From a bacterium (lineage in GTDB: Bacteria; Patescibacteriota; Minisyncoccia; Phycocordibacterales; SBAW01): a stretch of DNA of 64,000 bases. How positions within the stretch are numbered: the stretch's first letter is position 1; each line of letters begins with the position of its first letter. A program made the translations under genes and the position numbers. The notes beneath the pieces are model-generated. The model made no database searches and was not told the DNA's origin. It was given only the letters and a program-made list of their open reading frames with translations. This document shows positions 30,485 to 40,089 of this stretch, one piece after another. The stretch lies in the NCBI GenBank assembly GCA_005239955.1, contig SBAW01000011.1:6924-70923 (forward strand). Reading direction: 5' to 3'.

Positions 30485-30545
30485 TCAGGGTACCCTGTTG
30501 CCGAACGCCTGCCCCGTAGTAAGTCCGAAGGATTTTCCTACTGGG

Positions 30546-30578
30546 GTCGCGAAGGAAATCATTGAGTCTCGCAAATAA
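30546..30578. repeat. diverged duplicate of the fusA 3' coding end (encodes VAKEIIESRK* vs genuine [10 protein letters not shown])
   Basis: 33-nt segment 61 bp downstream of the fusA stop aligns to fusA 30452-30484 with about 8 mismatches, same reading frame and stop. Confidence 0.6.
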
Positions 30579-30735
30579 GAATATCCTCGCTGCCGGCACG
30601 GGAATATTCTTTTTGCCGTCGCTCGCTCGAAAAAGAACACGGGTGCTCTTTTCCCTCGCTTCACTAGGCAATAGTCTTTGACTTCAGGGAGTAAAGCGCT
30701 TCAATAGAGAAAGTGGGCAACCGGAGGAGGCGACT

Positions 30736-31254
30736 ATGTACGCCGCAAATCCGCTTTCTACAATTGTCGCGACCCTCAAACAGGTGTGGGACATCGCCCC
30801 CTCGCAGTGGGGGGAGACGCGGTTTGTTTCAGAGTTCAGCGGCAGGTGGGGTGAGTTCTACACGCTTGAAGCAAGTTGGTACCAGTATTTCGCAGACAAA
30901 AAGAAGGGCCGACTTGTCCTCGAATACTACCTCCCGTTCTGTCTCATGCCGCGGAGCGATTCCGCGAAGATTGCACGCTTCATGCGGGTCATGAACGAAG
31001 GGGTGCGTCGCTACAAACTCATGACACTGGCTTTTCGGACGGCGCGCCGGCAATTCTGTTTTTCGCGAGAGCGTGAGACTGAGGCGCCTTATGTGGAAGG
31101 GCCAAGCGAAAGCGTGAAAGAGTCGCTGTACCACGAGATATGCTTTACGCAGCTCTCTTACCCCTTGTGGACGAGATTTCTCCGGGAGGAAGAACTTGTT
31201 GCGGCCTTCGTCGATTTCGCCTATATGGCGGCGGCAAGCGACTACAATATGTGA
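30736..31254 (+). CDS. hypothetical protein (172 aa), GC-rich insert between fusA and tuf
   Basis: ORF preceded by GGAGGAGG RBS. About 58% GC. No family recognised. Confidence 0.45.
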   Translation: MYAANPLSTIVATLKQVWDIAPSQWGETRFVSEFSGRWGEFYTLEASWYQYFADKKKGRLVLEYYLPFCLMPRSDSAKIARFMRVMNEGVRRYKLMTLAFRTARRQFCFSRERETEAPYVEGPSESVKESLYHEICFTQLSYPLWTRFLREEELVAAFVDFAYMAAASDYNM

Positions 31255-31263
31255 AGGAAGAAC

Positions 31264-31290
31264 CCGGCCGCTGCCAAGCGGCCGGGTCTT
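31264..31290. terminator. GC hairpin ACCCGGCCGC-TGCCAA-GCGGCCGGGT
   Basis: Inverted repeat right after the 30736..31254 ORF. Confidence 0.5.
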
Positions 31291-31383
31291 CGCGTTTGTT
31301 GACACGTCGCGGAAAGAGTGTAGAACAATGATTAGAGAATTGCGCGCAGAAACAGTTTTTGAAAGGGAAGGAACCCCGACCAT

Positions 31384-31768
31384 GACAGCCACTACAGTGC
31401 CGTTCGGCTTCGACTACCTCGCCGCTTTCGACGCGGCGAAGGACGCTTTGCGGCGAACGCTCGGTGACCTCGGCCCGCGCACCAGAGCGATCCTCAATGC
31501 CGGGGCTGGCGACTACCAGATGGTTTTCGCTGCGGCGGCCGAGGAATCGCCAGACACCATGGTCGCTTCGATCGAGGCGACCAATGCTGACGAACGTGCC
31601 GAGTGGGCGTACTGGGGAGCTCGTTTTCTTCGCCCCGGCCCGCTTCGCGACCGACTCCTCACCGTCATCGCCAGGTCCCCCAGTCCGATGGTGAAATGGT
31701 GGGCATTGACGACGATCGACGGCATCTCCCCCGAGATTGCGGCCCTGTTCCAGAAAGAGGCCCGCTGA
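31384..31768 (+). CDS. hypothetical protein (128 aa), GC-rich insert between fusA and tuf
   Basis: ORF MTATTVPFGFDYLAAFDAAKDALRR…. Ala/Arg-rich, no family recognised. Confidence 0.4.
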
Positions 31769-31777
31769 AAGGAATGA

Positions 31778-31803
31778 CCCGGCCGCACCCTGCGGCCGGG
31801 TCA
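31778..31803. terminator. GC hairpin ACCCGGCCGC-ACCCT-GCGGCCGGGT (near-copy of the 31264 hairpin)
   Basis: Same 10-bp stem as the 31264 hairpin. Directly after the ORF stop. Confidence 0.5.
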
Positions 31804-32005
31804 TGATACTTTTCGCCTTCATTCATTGACTGTTTTTAACCTTCGCAGTAGGATAACTGCTACGCAGAAATGCGTCGTTTTTATTCTGGGATAGTCCTCC
31901 CGAATAAAAACCATCTGTGCGAGCATCGACAGGGGGTGCACGCAAAATTATTTATAACGATTATAAAAAACGGAGACGTCCCTGGTCCGCTCCGGAAGAA
32001 TTATT

Positions 32006-33196
32006 ATGGCAACATTTGATCGCAGTAAGCCCCACGTCAACGTCGGCACTATTGGTCACGTCGACCACGGCAAGACGACGCTCACGGCAGCAATTCTTAA
32101 TGTGCTTAACCTCGCTGGTCAGGAGGTGAAGCTCAAAAAAGTCGACGAGATCGACAGCGCACCGGAAGAGAAGGCACGCGGTATTACGATTGCGCTCTCG
32201 CACAACGAATACTCAACAGCAAATCGTCACTACGCACACATTGACGCACCGGGACATGCGGACTACATCAAAAACATGATCACCGGTGCCGCACAGATGG
32301 ACGGCGCAATCCTCGTGGTCGCGGCAACTGACGGCGTCATGCCCCAGACCCGCGAGCACATTCTCCTCGCCAAGCAAGTTGGCGTTCCAAAAGTCATCGT
32401 CTTCCTCAACAAGGTAGACATGGTTGACGACAAAGACCTCGTGGACCTCGTTGAAGAGGAAGTCCGCGAACTCCTCACGAAGCAAGGCTACGACGGCAAA
32501 GAAGCCCCGGTTATTCGCGGCTCAGGGCTTAAGGCCCTTGAAGCAAAAGACGTCAACGATGAGTGGGCGAAGAAAGTCCTCGAGCTTGCCAAAGCACTCG
32601 ATGAATACATTCCGCTTCCGCAGCGCGAAACCGACAAGCCCTTCATCATGCCAATTGAAGACATCTTCTCGATTGAAGGTCGTGGCACTGTTGTGACCGG
32701 CCGTATTGAGCGCGGCAAGGTGAAAGTCGGTGAGGAAGTTGAAATTGTTGGCCTGAAGCCTACCGCAAAGACCACCATCACCGGTATCGAAATGTTCAAC
32801 AAGCAGCTTGACGAAGGCCTCGCTGGCGACAACGCAGGCATCCTTCTTCGCGGTACCAAGAAAGAAGACGTCACCCGCGGCCAAGTTATCGCAAAACCTG
32901 GCTCCGTCACTCCTCACACTGATTTTGAGTCGGAAGTCTACATCCTCAACAAAGACGAAGGCGGCCGTCACACGCCGTTCTTCACCGGCTACAAGCCGCA
33001 ATTCTACGTCCGCACCACCGACGTGACCGGCGAAGTAACCCTTCCTACGGGAACCGAGATGGTTATGCCGGGCGATACGATTACCTTCAAGGTAAAGCTC
33101 GTTGCTCCGGTTGCACTTGAAGAGAAGCAGCGCTTCGCGATCCGCGAGGGCGGCAAGACCGTTGGCGCGGGTGTGGTTACGAAAATTGTGGCGTAG
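32006..33196 (+). CDS. tuf: elongation factor Tu
   Basis: [22 protein letters not shown] motifs. 396 aa. Confidence 0.97.
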   Translation: MATFDRSKPHVNVGTIGHVDHGKTTLTAAILNVLNLAGQEVKLKKVDEIDSAPEEKARGITIALSHNEYSTANRHYAHIDAPGHADYIKNMITGAAQMDGAILVVAATDGVMPQTREHILLAKQVGVPKVIVFLNKVDMVDDKDLVDLVEEEVRELLTKQGYDGKEAPVIRGSGLKALEAKDVNDEWAKKVLELAKALDEYIPLPQRETDKPFIMPIEDIFSIEGRGTVVTGRIERGKVKVGEEVEIVGLKPTAKTTITGIEMFNKQLDEGLAGDNAGILLRGTKKEDVTRGQVIAKPGSVTPHTDFESEVYILNKDEGGRHTPFFTGYKPQFYVRTTDVTGEVTLPTGTEMVMPGDTITFKVKLVAPVALEEKQRFAIREGGKTVGAGVVTKIVA

Positions 33197-33230
33197 AATC
33201 TTGTGAGCGTAGCGAGTTAGATTCCTACGC

Positions 33231-33286
33231 CACCCTGTTAAATCCCGCCTTCAGCGGGTCGGCCAAAGGCCGAATTTAACAGGGTG
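33231..33286. promoter_or_regulatory. three-way-junction-like element: outer stem CACCCTGTTAAAT/ATTTAACAGGGTG enclosing hairpins CCCGC…GCGGG and CGGCC…GGCCG
   Basis: Nested inverted repeats between the tuf stop and the rpsJ start. Could be a terminator, attenuator or S10-leader-like element. Confidence 0.45.
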
Positions 33287-33320
33287 AGATTCCTCAGTCA
33301 CCTCGTTCCTTCGAAATCTC

Positions 33321-33707
33321 ATGGTCACTAAAGAAAAAACAAAGCCAGTAAAAAAGACTATCGCACCAAAGCGTAAAGCTGCGGTAGCGAAAGAAGAGCC
33401 AGTCCAGAAGCTGCGCATCAAAGTCCGTGCGTACGAGCACAAAATTCTCGACGCCTCGGTGCGCCAGATTATGGACACCGCGCTTCGCTATGACGCCACG
33501 ATTGTGGGGCCGGTGCCGCTTCCAACTGAAATCAAAAAATATACCGTCAACCGCTCGGCATTTATCTATAAAGATGCACGCGAGCAGTTCGAGATGCGCG
33601 TCCATAAACGTGTTATCGACATCGTAAATCCTGCCCCCAAGGTCATTGAAGCGCTGACCAATTTGTCACTGCCTTCTGGTGTCACTATCGACGTCAAGAT
33701 GATGTAG
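33321..33707 (+). CDS. rpsJ: 30S ribosomal protein S10 (with ~27-aa Lys-rich N-terminal extension)
   Basis: Core [16 protein letters not shown]…[10 protein letters not shown]…. Confidence 0.9.
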   Translation: MVTKEKTKPVKKTIAPKRKAAVAKEEPVQKLRIKVRAYEHKILDASVRQIMDTALRYDATIVGPVPLPTEIKKYTVNRSAFIYKDAREQFEMRVHKRVIDIVNPAPKVIEALTNLSLPSGVTIDVKMM

Positions 33708-33734
33708 AAGTGGCAAGCAGCGGGAATGCGAAAA

Positions 33735-33763
33735 ACTGCCCATCATAAATGGGCAGTTTTTTG
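33735..33763 (+). terminator. rho-independent terminator ACTGCCCAT-CATAA-ATGGGCAGT + T6
   Basis: Perfect 9-bp stem and U-run 28 bp after the rpsJ stop, inside the S10 operon. Confidence 0.65.
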
Positions 33764-34002
33764 TTATGGAAATGAAATCCTGTGGAAATCGTTGAGAAAT
33801 GCCAATCTGAACCGAATCTAGATGCCATTGGGGGGCGATGGCAAAAGGACATCAAATCAGAGGACCTCCTTGCTTTTATTAATCCAATCCAGTAAGGTGT
33901 TTCCACGCTACGTTCCGCCGGAATACCGGAGAGGAACCAATGGCATGAATCCTCGAATTGAAGCGAGGACGCGCCATTGATGGCGCAATTTTCATTTAAA
34001 CC

Positions 34003-34614
34003 GTGAAGTTTATCCTCGGCACAAAGGAATACATGACGCAGATCTTCGATAAGGAAGGTCGTGTTCACGCAGCTACGGTCATTGCCGCAGGCCCGCTTGT
34101 CGTGACGCAGGTCAAATCGAAAGATAAGGACGGCTACGAGGCGGTCCAGGTTGGTTTTGGGGAGCGCAAACTCACGCGTATCAATAAAGCGCAGCAGGGA
34201 CACAATAAAGATCTCGGCAATTTCCGCTTCACACGAGAATTCCGCACCCTTCCCGCAAACACCGAGCGTGGCACAAAAATTGATGTTTCAGCATTTGCGC
34301 CAGGTGACGTGGTTACCGTCTCCTCAATTTCAAAAGGCAAGGGATTCCAAGGTGTGGTGAAGCGCCACAAATTTAAAGGCGATTCTCGCACGCACGGCCG
34401 CAAACATTCTGAGCGCGCCCCAGGATCAATTGGCGGCGGCGGACGTGCCGGTGGTCGCGTTATTAAAGGCATGCGCATGGCCGGCCGCATGGGTGGTGAG
34501 CGTGTGACAGTGAAGAATCTCAAAGTACTTCAGGTTGACTCGGCACAGCATCTTTTGGTAATCAAAGGAGCAATTCCTGGTCGCCAAGGAACGCTCGTCG
34601 AAGTTGTTGCATAA
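34003..34614 (+). CDS. rplC: 50S ribosomal protein L3
   Basis: MKFILGTKEYMTQIFDKEG… parallels MKGLIGRKVGMTRIF. Confidence 0.95.
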   Translation: MKFILGTKEYMTQIFDKEGRVHAATVIAAGPLVVTQVKSKDKDGYEAVQVGFGERKLTRINKAQQGHNKDLGNFRFTREFRTLPANTERGTKIDVSAFAPGDVVTVSSISKGKGFQGVVKRHKFKGDSRTHGRKHSERAPGSIGGGGRAGGRVIKGMRMAGRMGGERVTVKNLKVLQVDSAQHLLVIKGAIPGRQGTLVEVVA

Positions 34615-34635
34615 CGCGGTACGGAGTAACGAATT

Positions 34636-35298
34636 ATGGAAGCCAAAATTTACAACACAAAAGGTTCGGCGGTCGGGGAAGTGAAGCTTCCTGACTCGGT
34701 CTTTGGCGTGGCGTTTAAATCTGACGTCGTACATCAAGTGGTGATGGCCATTCGCGAAAATATGCGCCCGGCTGTGGCGCACACTAAAGACCGCGGTGAG
34801 GTTCGCGGTGGCGGCCGAAAGCCATGGCAGCAAAAAGGTACCGGTCGCGCACGCCACGGCTCATCTCGCTCCCCAATTTGGGTAGGCGGCGGTATCACCC
34901 ACGGGCCTCGAAGCGAAAAGCGCTATGCACACAAAGCAAATCGCTCCATGAAAGCGAAAGCATTGGCGATGGTGCTTTCACGAAAGATGAAAGACGGTGA
35001 GATGCTCTTTGTTGACGAACTCATCATTGGTACTCCGAAGACCAAAGACGCCAAAGCGGCACTCCTCGGCCTCGGAAAAATCAAAGGCTACGAGGGAGTT
35101 GCAACAAAGACACGTAATGCCACTCTCATTGCCGTACCGACGCGCACCCCAGCACTCGTTAAAAGTTTTCAGAATTTCGGCAACGTTGCGGTTGAAGAAG
35201 TCCGTAACCTCAACCCTCTTGACGTCCTCACTTACCGCCACGTGGTGGTTGTCGACCCCGAAAAATCAGTCGAGATGCTTGCGTCTCGCATGAATTAA
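34636..35298 (+). CDS. rplD: 50S ribosomal protein L4
   Basis: Position and motifs (…RGGGRKPWQQKGTGRARHGS…). Confidence 0.95.
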   Translation: MEAKIYNTKGSAVGEVKLPDSVFGVAFKSDVVHQVVMAIRENMRPAVAHTKDRGEVRGGGRKPWQQKGTGRARHGSSRSPIWVGGGITHGPRSEKRYAHKANRSMKAKALAMVLSRKMKDGEMLFVDELIIGTPKTKDAKAALLGLGKIKGYEGVATKTRNATLIAVPTRTPALVKSFQNFGNVAVEEVRNLNPLDVLTYRHVVVVDPEKSVEMLASRMN

Positions 35299-35303
35299 CT
35301 ACC

Positions 35304-35717
35304 ATGGCGCTTTTCTCAAGAAAAAAGAAAGAAACTACTGCTCAAGCTACTGTTGCTCCCGCTAAGGTAGCAAAGAAGGAAGAGAAGGTAGACACAAAGG
35401 AAGCAAAGATTTCCAAAGCCTTGGTGGTTCGCAAACGCGGACTCGACTCAGTGCTTCTCTCGCCGCGCATTACAGAGAAGGCAACGGGGGGAAACGCCAT
35501 TGGGTGCTATGTTTTCGATATTCCCCGCGGGGCTGGAAAGCGTGATGTCCGTGAAGCTGTTATCGCGCGCTATGGGGTGACTCCGCGACAAATCCGCACA
35601 ACGAAAGTAATGGCAAAGAATGTCCTGACACGCGGTTCCCGCAAATCGGGAGTTAAAGCAGGCGGAAAGAAAGCGTACGTGTACCTCAAAGCAGGCGACA
35701 AGATTGAGCTCGTATAA
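35304..35717 (+). CDS. rplW: 50S ribosomal protein L23 (N-terminal Ala/Lys-rich extension)
   Basis: Core …LLSPRITEKAT…YVFDI… after a ~45-aa extension. Confidence 0.9.
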   Translation: MALFSRKKKETTAQATVAPAKVAKKEEKVDTKEAKISKALVVRKRGLDSVLLSPRITEKATGGNAIGCYVFDIPRGAGKRDVREAVIARYGVTPRQIRTTKVMAKNVLTRGSRKSGVKAGGKKAYVYLKAGDKIELV

Positions 35718-35745
35718 ATCACAACGTCACAAGATCAGAAAAGAT

Positions 35746-36597
35746 ATGAAACACTTTAAACCATACACCAAGTCTCGCCGGCACATGTCGACCATTGAGT
35801 TCGGCAAGTATCTCTCCGGTGACCGACCGTTTAAGGCGCTCACTGTCGGCGGCAAGCGTGATGTCGGCCGCAATAACGCAGGCCGCATCACCATGCGCCA
35901 CAAAGGGGGTGGTCATAAGCGCCGCAACCGCCTTGTCGACTTTCTGTTTGACAAAAAGGATGTTCCCGCACGCGTTGAGACGATTGAGTACGACCCCAAT
36001 CGCTCTGCATTTATCGCGCTCGTCGTATATCGAGACGGTGAACGCCGCTACGTACTTGTCCCCTCAACTCTCAAAGTCGGTAGCACATTCCTCGTTTCGG
36101 AAAAAGCACCCGTGACTCCCGGCAACCGTCTCCCGCTTCGCAGTATTCCGGTTGGTACCTTCATCTACAACATTGAACTAAAGCCCGGTGGCGGTGCAAA
36201 AATCGGCCGCTCGGCAGGAAACTATGCTGAAGTCGTGGCGCACGATGCGGGGTACGTTGATATCAAACTTCCGTCAACCGAAATTCGAAAAGTTCCCGAG
36301 AATTGCTGGGCATCAGTTGGTACCGTTTCAAACGACGAGCACAAACTCGTCACGATTGGCAAAGCGGGGCGCTCTCGCTGGATGGGCATTCGCCCGACCG
36401 TTCGTGGTTCTGCCATGAACCCCGTTGACCACCCGTACGGCGGTGGAGAAGGGCGTCAAGGACGAGGAACGAGGCGCGCGAAGACCAAGTGGGGCAAGCC
36501 CTCCGGCAAAGGCCAGAAGACACGCCGCCGTAAAAAGTACTCCAACCGCCTTATTGTATCTCGCCGCTGGGTCGGCAAACGCAAACAAGCCCAATAG
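35746..36597 (+). CDS. rplB: 50S ribosomal protein L2
   Basis: MKHFKPYTKSRRHM…, GGGHKRR, …MNPVDHPYGGGEG…. Confidence 0.95.
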   Translation: MKHFKPYTKSRRHMSTIEFGKYLSGDRPFKALTVGGKRDVGRNNAGRITMRHKGGGHKRRNRLVDFLFDKKDVPARVETIEYDPNRSAFIALVVYRDGERRYVLVPSTLKVGSTFLVSEKAPVTPGNRLPLRSIPVGTFIYNIELKPGGGAKIGRSAGNYAEVVAHDAGYVDIKLPSTEIRKVPENCWASVGTVSNDEHKLVTIGKAGRSRWMGIRPTVRGSAMNPVDHPYGGGEGRQGRGTRRAKTKWGKPSGKGQKTRRRKKYSNRLIVSRRWVGKRKQAQ

Positions 36598-36615
36598 ACT
36601 TTCGCTCCCGCCTTT

Positions 36616-37345
36616 ATGTGCTCAACCCGGGTTGAGCACATTTAGTGTATGCTGAGAGCGTGACAAAACTTCGCAGTGTAGAGTCGGGAGAGTATTACCA
36701 CCTCTTCAATCGTGGAGCTTTGCGTGGGAATATTTTTCGAGAAAAAAACGATTGGTTGCGTTTTCTTTTTCTTGTTTTGTATAGCCAGTCACCTGTTTCG
36801 TTTAAGAATGTGAAGCGAGTTATTCAACCTACCGCTACCGATGAAGGCTTTGCAGTTCCTCTTGAACAGCAAAGTGAGATTATTGCAAATCGTTTCGTTG
36901 GGCTTACCGCGTTTTGTTTTATGCCAAACCATTTTCATCTCCTTGTGCGACAGATTGAGGACCATGGTATCGCACGGTACATGCAGCGGGTAATTAAAGG
37001 ATACACAGAATATTTCAACACTAAGTACGAGACATCAGGTCATTTGTTCCAAGGCCGATATAAAAGTACGCATGTCTCCGATAACCGTCAGTTACTCTAT
37101 CTCTCTGCGTACATCCATCGAAATTCTCGCGAGCTTCGAAACTGGACAGGAAAGGAAGAACACTACCCTTACTCTTCGTTGCAGGATTATGTTAATAAAA
37201 ATCGTTGGGGAAGCGTCCTTGAAACGGACCTTATTTCTAATCAATTCGACCAATCAGAATCATTAAGTTATCGGGAATTTGTTCGAACCAGCACGGCAAA
37301 AGACTTTAAACGGGAAAATGTGCTCAACCCGGGTTGAGCACATTT
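36616..37345 (+). mobile_element. IS200/IS605-family or RAYT-like minimal element: Y1 (HUH) transposase gene bounded by identical 28-bp palindromes ATGTGCTCAACCCGGGTTGAGCACATTT (36616-36643, 37318-37345)
   Basis: Identical hairpin-forming repeats flank a single ORF with HUH and catalytic-Tyr motifs. Located between rplB and rpsS. Confidence 0.75.
36645..37337 (+). CDS. tnpA: IS200-like / REP-associated tyrosine (Y1, HUH) transposase
   Basis: [14 protein letters not shown]…DWLRFLFL (Y1_Tnp N-term), …[11 protein letters not shown] (HUH), …[10 protein letters not shown] (catalytic Tyr region). GTG start. Stop codon lies inside the right-end hairpin. Confidence 0.75.
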   Translation: MYAESVTKLRSVESGEYYHLFNRGALRGNIFREKNDWLRFLFLVLYSQSPVSFKNVKRVIQPTATDEGFAVPLEQQSEIIANRFVGLTAFCFMPNHFHLLVRQIEDHGIARYMQRVIKGYTEYFNTKYETSGHLFQGRYKSTHVSDNRQLLYLSAYIHRNSRELRNWTGKEEHYPYSSLQDYVNKNRWGSVLETDLISNQFDQSESLSYREFVRTSTAKDFKRENVLNPG

Positions 37346-37426
37346 GACACTCGAACAAAGGTTGACAGAGGGAGTAGTGGGAGAGTAGGATGCGGGCACG
37401 CTCGGAATCGGGCGTTTTCATTTCTC

Positions 37427-37786
37427 ATGTCACGATCGCTTAAAAAAGGACCCTACGTCGACCAAAAGTTGATGAAGAAAATTACCGGCAAACGGCCGGC
37501 TTCTACCCCTGTTATTAATACCTGGGCGCGCCGGAGCCAAATTGCTCCTGAAATGGTTGGGTTTAAATTTGGGGTTTATAACGGTAAGAGCCATATTGAG
37601 GTCCTCGTTTCAGAAGACATGGTGGGGCATAGGCTCGGGGAATTTTCTCCAACTAAAAAATTCCAGCGCCACGGCGGTAAGATGCAGAAGGAACTCGAGC
37701 AAAAAAAGAAAGAGGCCGAAATTGCAGCCGCACAAGCGGCAAAAGCTGCTTCGAGTGAAGGCGCTGCGAAACCGCCGGCAAAATAA
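37427..37786 (+). CDS. rpsS: 30S ribosomal protein S19 (C-terminal Lys/Ala-rich extension)
   Basis: [19 protein letters not shown]…[10 protein letters not shown]…. Confidence 0.95.
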   Translation: MSRSLKKGPYVDQKLMKKITGKRPASTPVINTWARRSQIAPEMVGFKFGVYNGKSHIEVLVSEDMVGHRLGEFSPTKKFQRHGGKMQKELEQKKKEAEIAAAQAAKAASSEGAAKPPAK

Positions 37787-37801
37787 TCATTTCTGTCATT
37801 T

Positions 37802-38137
37802 TTGAATATGAAAGCCTCTCTCTCACACTATCGACAATCGCCGCGCAAGGTCCGTTTGGTAACTGACCTTGTCAAAGGCAAGAGTGTTCGAGAGGCGCTT
37901 GCCATTCTTTCGGTGATGCCCAAGCGAGCGGTACTGCCGCTTGAACGCCTCATTAGGTCGGCAGTTGCCAATAGCGGCGTCTCAAAAGAAGAGGGTGATC
38001 GCCTCATCATCAAGAGCATTACGGTCAATAAAGGGCTTGTTTTCAAGCGTTTCAATCCGGTTTCGCGCGGTCGCGCACACCCAATCAAGAAACGCACCAG
38101 TCACGTGGACATCATGCTTTCCAAGCTTTCAAAATAG
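37802..38137 (+). CDS. rplV: 50S ribosomal protein L22
   Basis: …SPRKVRLVTDLVKGKSVREALAIL…. Confidence 0.95.
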   Translation: MNMKASLSHYRQSPRKVRLVTDLVKGKSVREALAILSVMPKRAVLPLERLIRSAVANSGVSKEEGDRLIIKSITVNKGLVFKRFNPVSRGRAHPIKKRTSHVDIMLSKLSK

Positions 38138-38807
38138 TATGTCGCATACCGTACATCCATACGCACATAGGCTAGGTATTCTCCGCGATTGGAAAAGTCG
38201 TTGGTTTGCGCGTGACGCAAAGTTCCGCGAGTTCCTCAAGACCGACGTCCTCCTTCGCCGCTATCTCCAGATGCGACTTCGTGGCATGTACGTCAGCGGG
38301 ATTGAATTTGAACGAAACGAAAAGAATCTCCGCGTCATCATCAAGACGTCTCGCCCGGGCGTCATTATTGGTCGCTCAGGTGAAGGCTCCACACGCCTCA
38401 AGAACGATATTGCAGAATTTTTGCGCCGCAAGGCAAAAATGAAAGTTCCTGAAATTCGCCTCGATATTGAAGAGGTGCGCTCTCCGGAGAGTAATGCCGC
38501 AATCATCGGTCACATGGTGGTGGAGGCTCTCGAGAAACGTCTGCCGTTTCGTCGCGTTCTTAAACAAACGGTTGAGAAGGCAATGGCCAATCGCGACGTG
38601 AAAGGAGTGCGCATTGCACTTGCGGGGCGCCTGGGGGGCGCTGACATGGCTCGCAAAGAGGAACTAAAGAAAGGACGCATTCCACTCCAAACCTTCCGCG
38701 CCGATATCGATTTTGCACGCGTTGAGGCCCGACTGCCCTTGGGGATCATTGGCATCAAAGTATGGGTCTACCGCGGAGACGTCTTTGAAGACGAAAAGAA
38801 AAAATAG
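38138..38807 (+). CDS. rpsC: 30S ribosomal protein S3
   Basis: KH domain …GVIIGRSGEGSTRL…, C-terminal domain. Confidence 0.95.
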
Positions 38808-38810
38808 CGT

Positions 38811-39242
38811 ATGTCGATGCTTTTCCCAAAAAAAGTAAAGTTCCGCAAATCCTTCACGTTCCGCCGGAACCCCAATAAAGTGCGCATCGCAACGCGCGGC
38901 ATTGAGCTGTCGTTTGGCTCATTTGGACTGAAGGCCATGAGTGAAGCGCGCGTGCGAAGCAACCAGCTTGAATCGGCACGTAAAGTTATTTCTCGCACGC
39001 TCGGGAAAACCGGCAAAGTGTGGATTCGTGTGTTTCCGGACAAACCATTCACCAAGAAACCGCCCGAAGTGAAAATGGGAAAGGGGAAAGGGGATCCCGT
39101 TGGCTACGAAGTGGAAGTACTTCCGGGCCGCATCATGTTTGAAATTGATGGTATTGAAGAGGTAATGGCACGCGAGGCGCTTCGCAAGGCAGGCACCAAA
39201 CTGCCGCTTAAGACCAAAGTCGTCGCGCGCAACGTACACTAA
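38811..39242 (+). CDS. rplP: 50S ribosomal protein L16
   Basis: …KFRKSF…RGIELSFGSFGLKA…. Confidence 0.95.
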   Translation: MSMLFPKKVKFRKSFTFRRNPNKVRIATRGIELSFGSFGLKAMSEARVRSNQLESARKVISRTLGKTGKVWIRVFPDKPFTKKPPEVKMGKGKGDPVGYEVEVLPGRIMFEIDGIEEVMAREALRKAGTKLPLKTKVVARNVH

Positions 39243-39243
39243 T

Positions 39244-39441
39244 ATGGCCTCAGAATACAAGGACAAAACAGTTTCTGACCTCACGGGGCTTCTTGCAGAG
39301 AAGCGCAAGGCCTTCGCGAATTTCCGTTTCGCGATTGCCGGAAGCAAAACCCGCAACACGAAAGAGGGCAAGGGACTTCGCCGCGAAATTGCGCGCATTC
39401 AAACAGAGCTTGCAAAGCGAGAGGGTAATAAGGCACGATAG
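39244..39441 (+). CDS. rpmC: 50S ribosomal protein L29
   Basis: 65 aa, position between L16 and S17. Confidence 0.9.
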   Translation: MASEYKDKTVSDLTGLLAEKRKAFANFRFAIAGSKTRNTKEGKGLRREIARIQTELAKREGNKAR

Positions 39442-39450
39442 GAAACTTCT

Positions 39451-39699
39451 ATGGCAGACGCAACCACAAAACGAAAAACACTCACCGGAACGGTCGTATC
39501 GACCAAGATGAAAGACACCGTGGTTGTTAAAGTTGACCGCTACGTGAAGCACTCCAAGTACGAGAAATTTATGAGGCGAAGCAAGCGTTTTCTCGCGCAT
39601 GACCCTGGCAATACCGCAAAAGAAGGCGAGAAAGTAACATTGCGCTCGATACGCCCCAAGTCGAAGAATAAAGTCTTCGAGATCGTTCGTACGGCATAA
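39451..39699 (+). CDS. rpsQ: 30S ribosomal protein S17
   Basis: …RKTLTGTVVSTKMKDTVVVKVDR…. Confidence 0.95.
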   Translation: MADATTKRKTLTGTVVSTKMKDTVVVKVDRYVKHSKYEKFMRRSKRFLAHDPGNTAKEGEKVTLRSIRPKSKNKVFEIVRTA

Positions 39700-39708
39700 A
39701 CCACCTCT

Positions 39709-40080
39709 ATGATTCAACCACGCACCATTGTAAAGATTTGTGACAACACCGGCGGCAAAATTGGCCGCATCTTCAAAGTGCTTGGCGGTTCAAAGAAGCG
39801 CTACGCGGAAATCGGCGACATTGTCGTCCTTTCCGTACAAACCGCAGAGCCCAGGAAGCAGGTCAAGAAAAAGGATGTCCTCCACGCGATTGTGGTACGC
39901 ACCAGGAAGCCTCTCCGTCGCAAAGATGGTTCCTATGTACGTTTTGATGAGAACGCCGTGGTGATTATCGACAAAGATAAGATGGAGCCTCGTGGCGCCC
40001 GTGTGTTCGGCCCTATTCCTCGCGAAATCGGCGAGCGCGGCTACCAGAAGATTATTTCGCTTGCCCCCGAAGTCGTTTAA
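39709..40080 (+). CDS. rplN: 50S ribosomal protein L14
   Basis: MIQPRTIVKICDNTGGK…. Confidence 0.95.
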   Translation: MIQPRTIVKICDNTGGKIGRIFKVLGGSKKRYAEIGDIVVLSVQTAEPRKQVKKKDVLHAIVVRTRKPLRRKDGSYVRFDENAVVIIDKDKMEPRGARVFGPIPREIGERGYQKIISLAPEVV

Positions 40081-40089
40081 ATTACTCTC

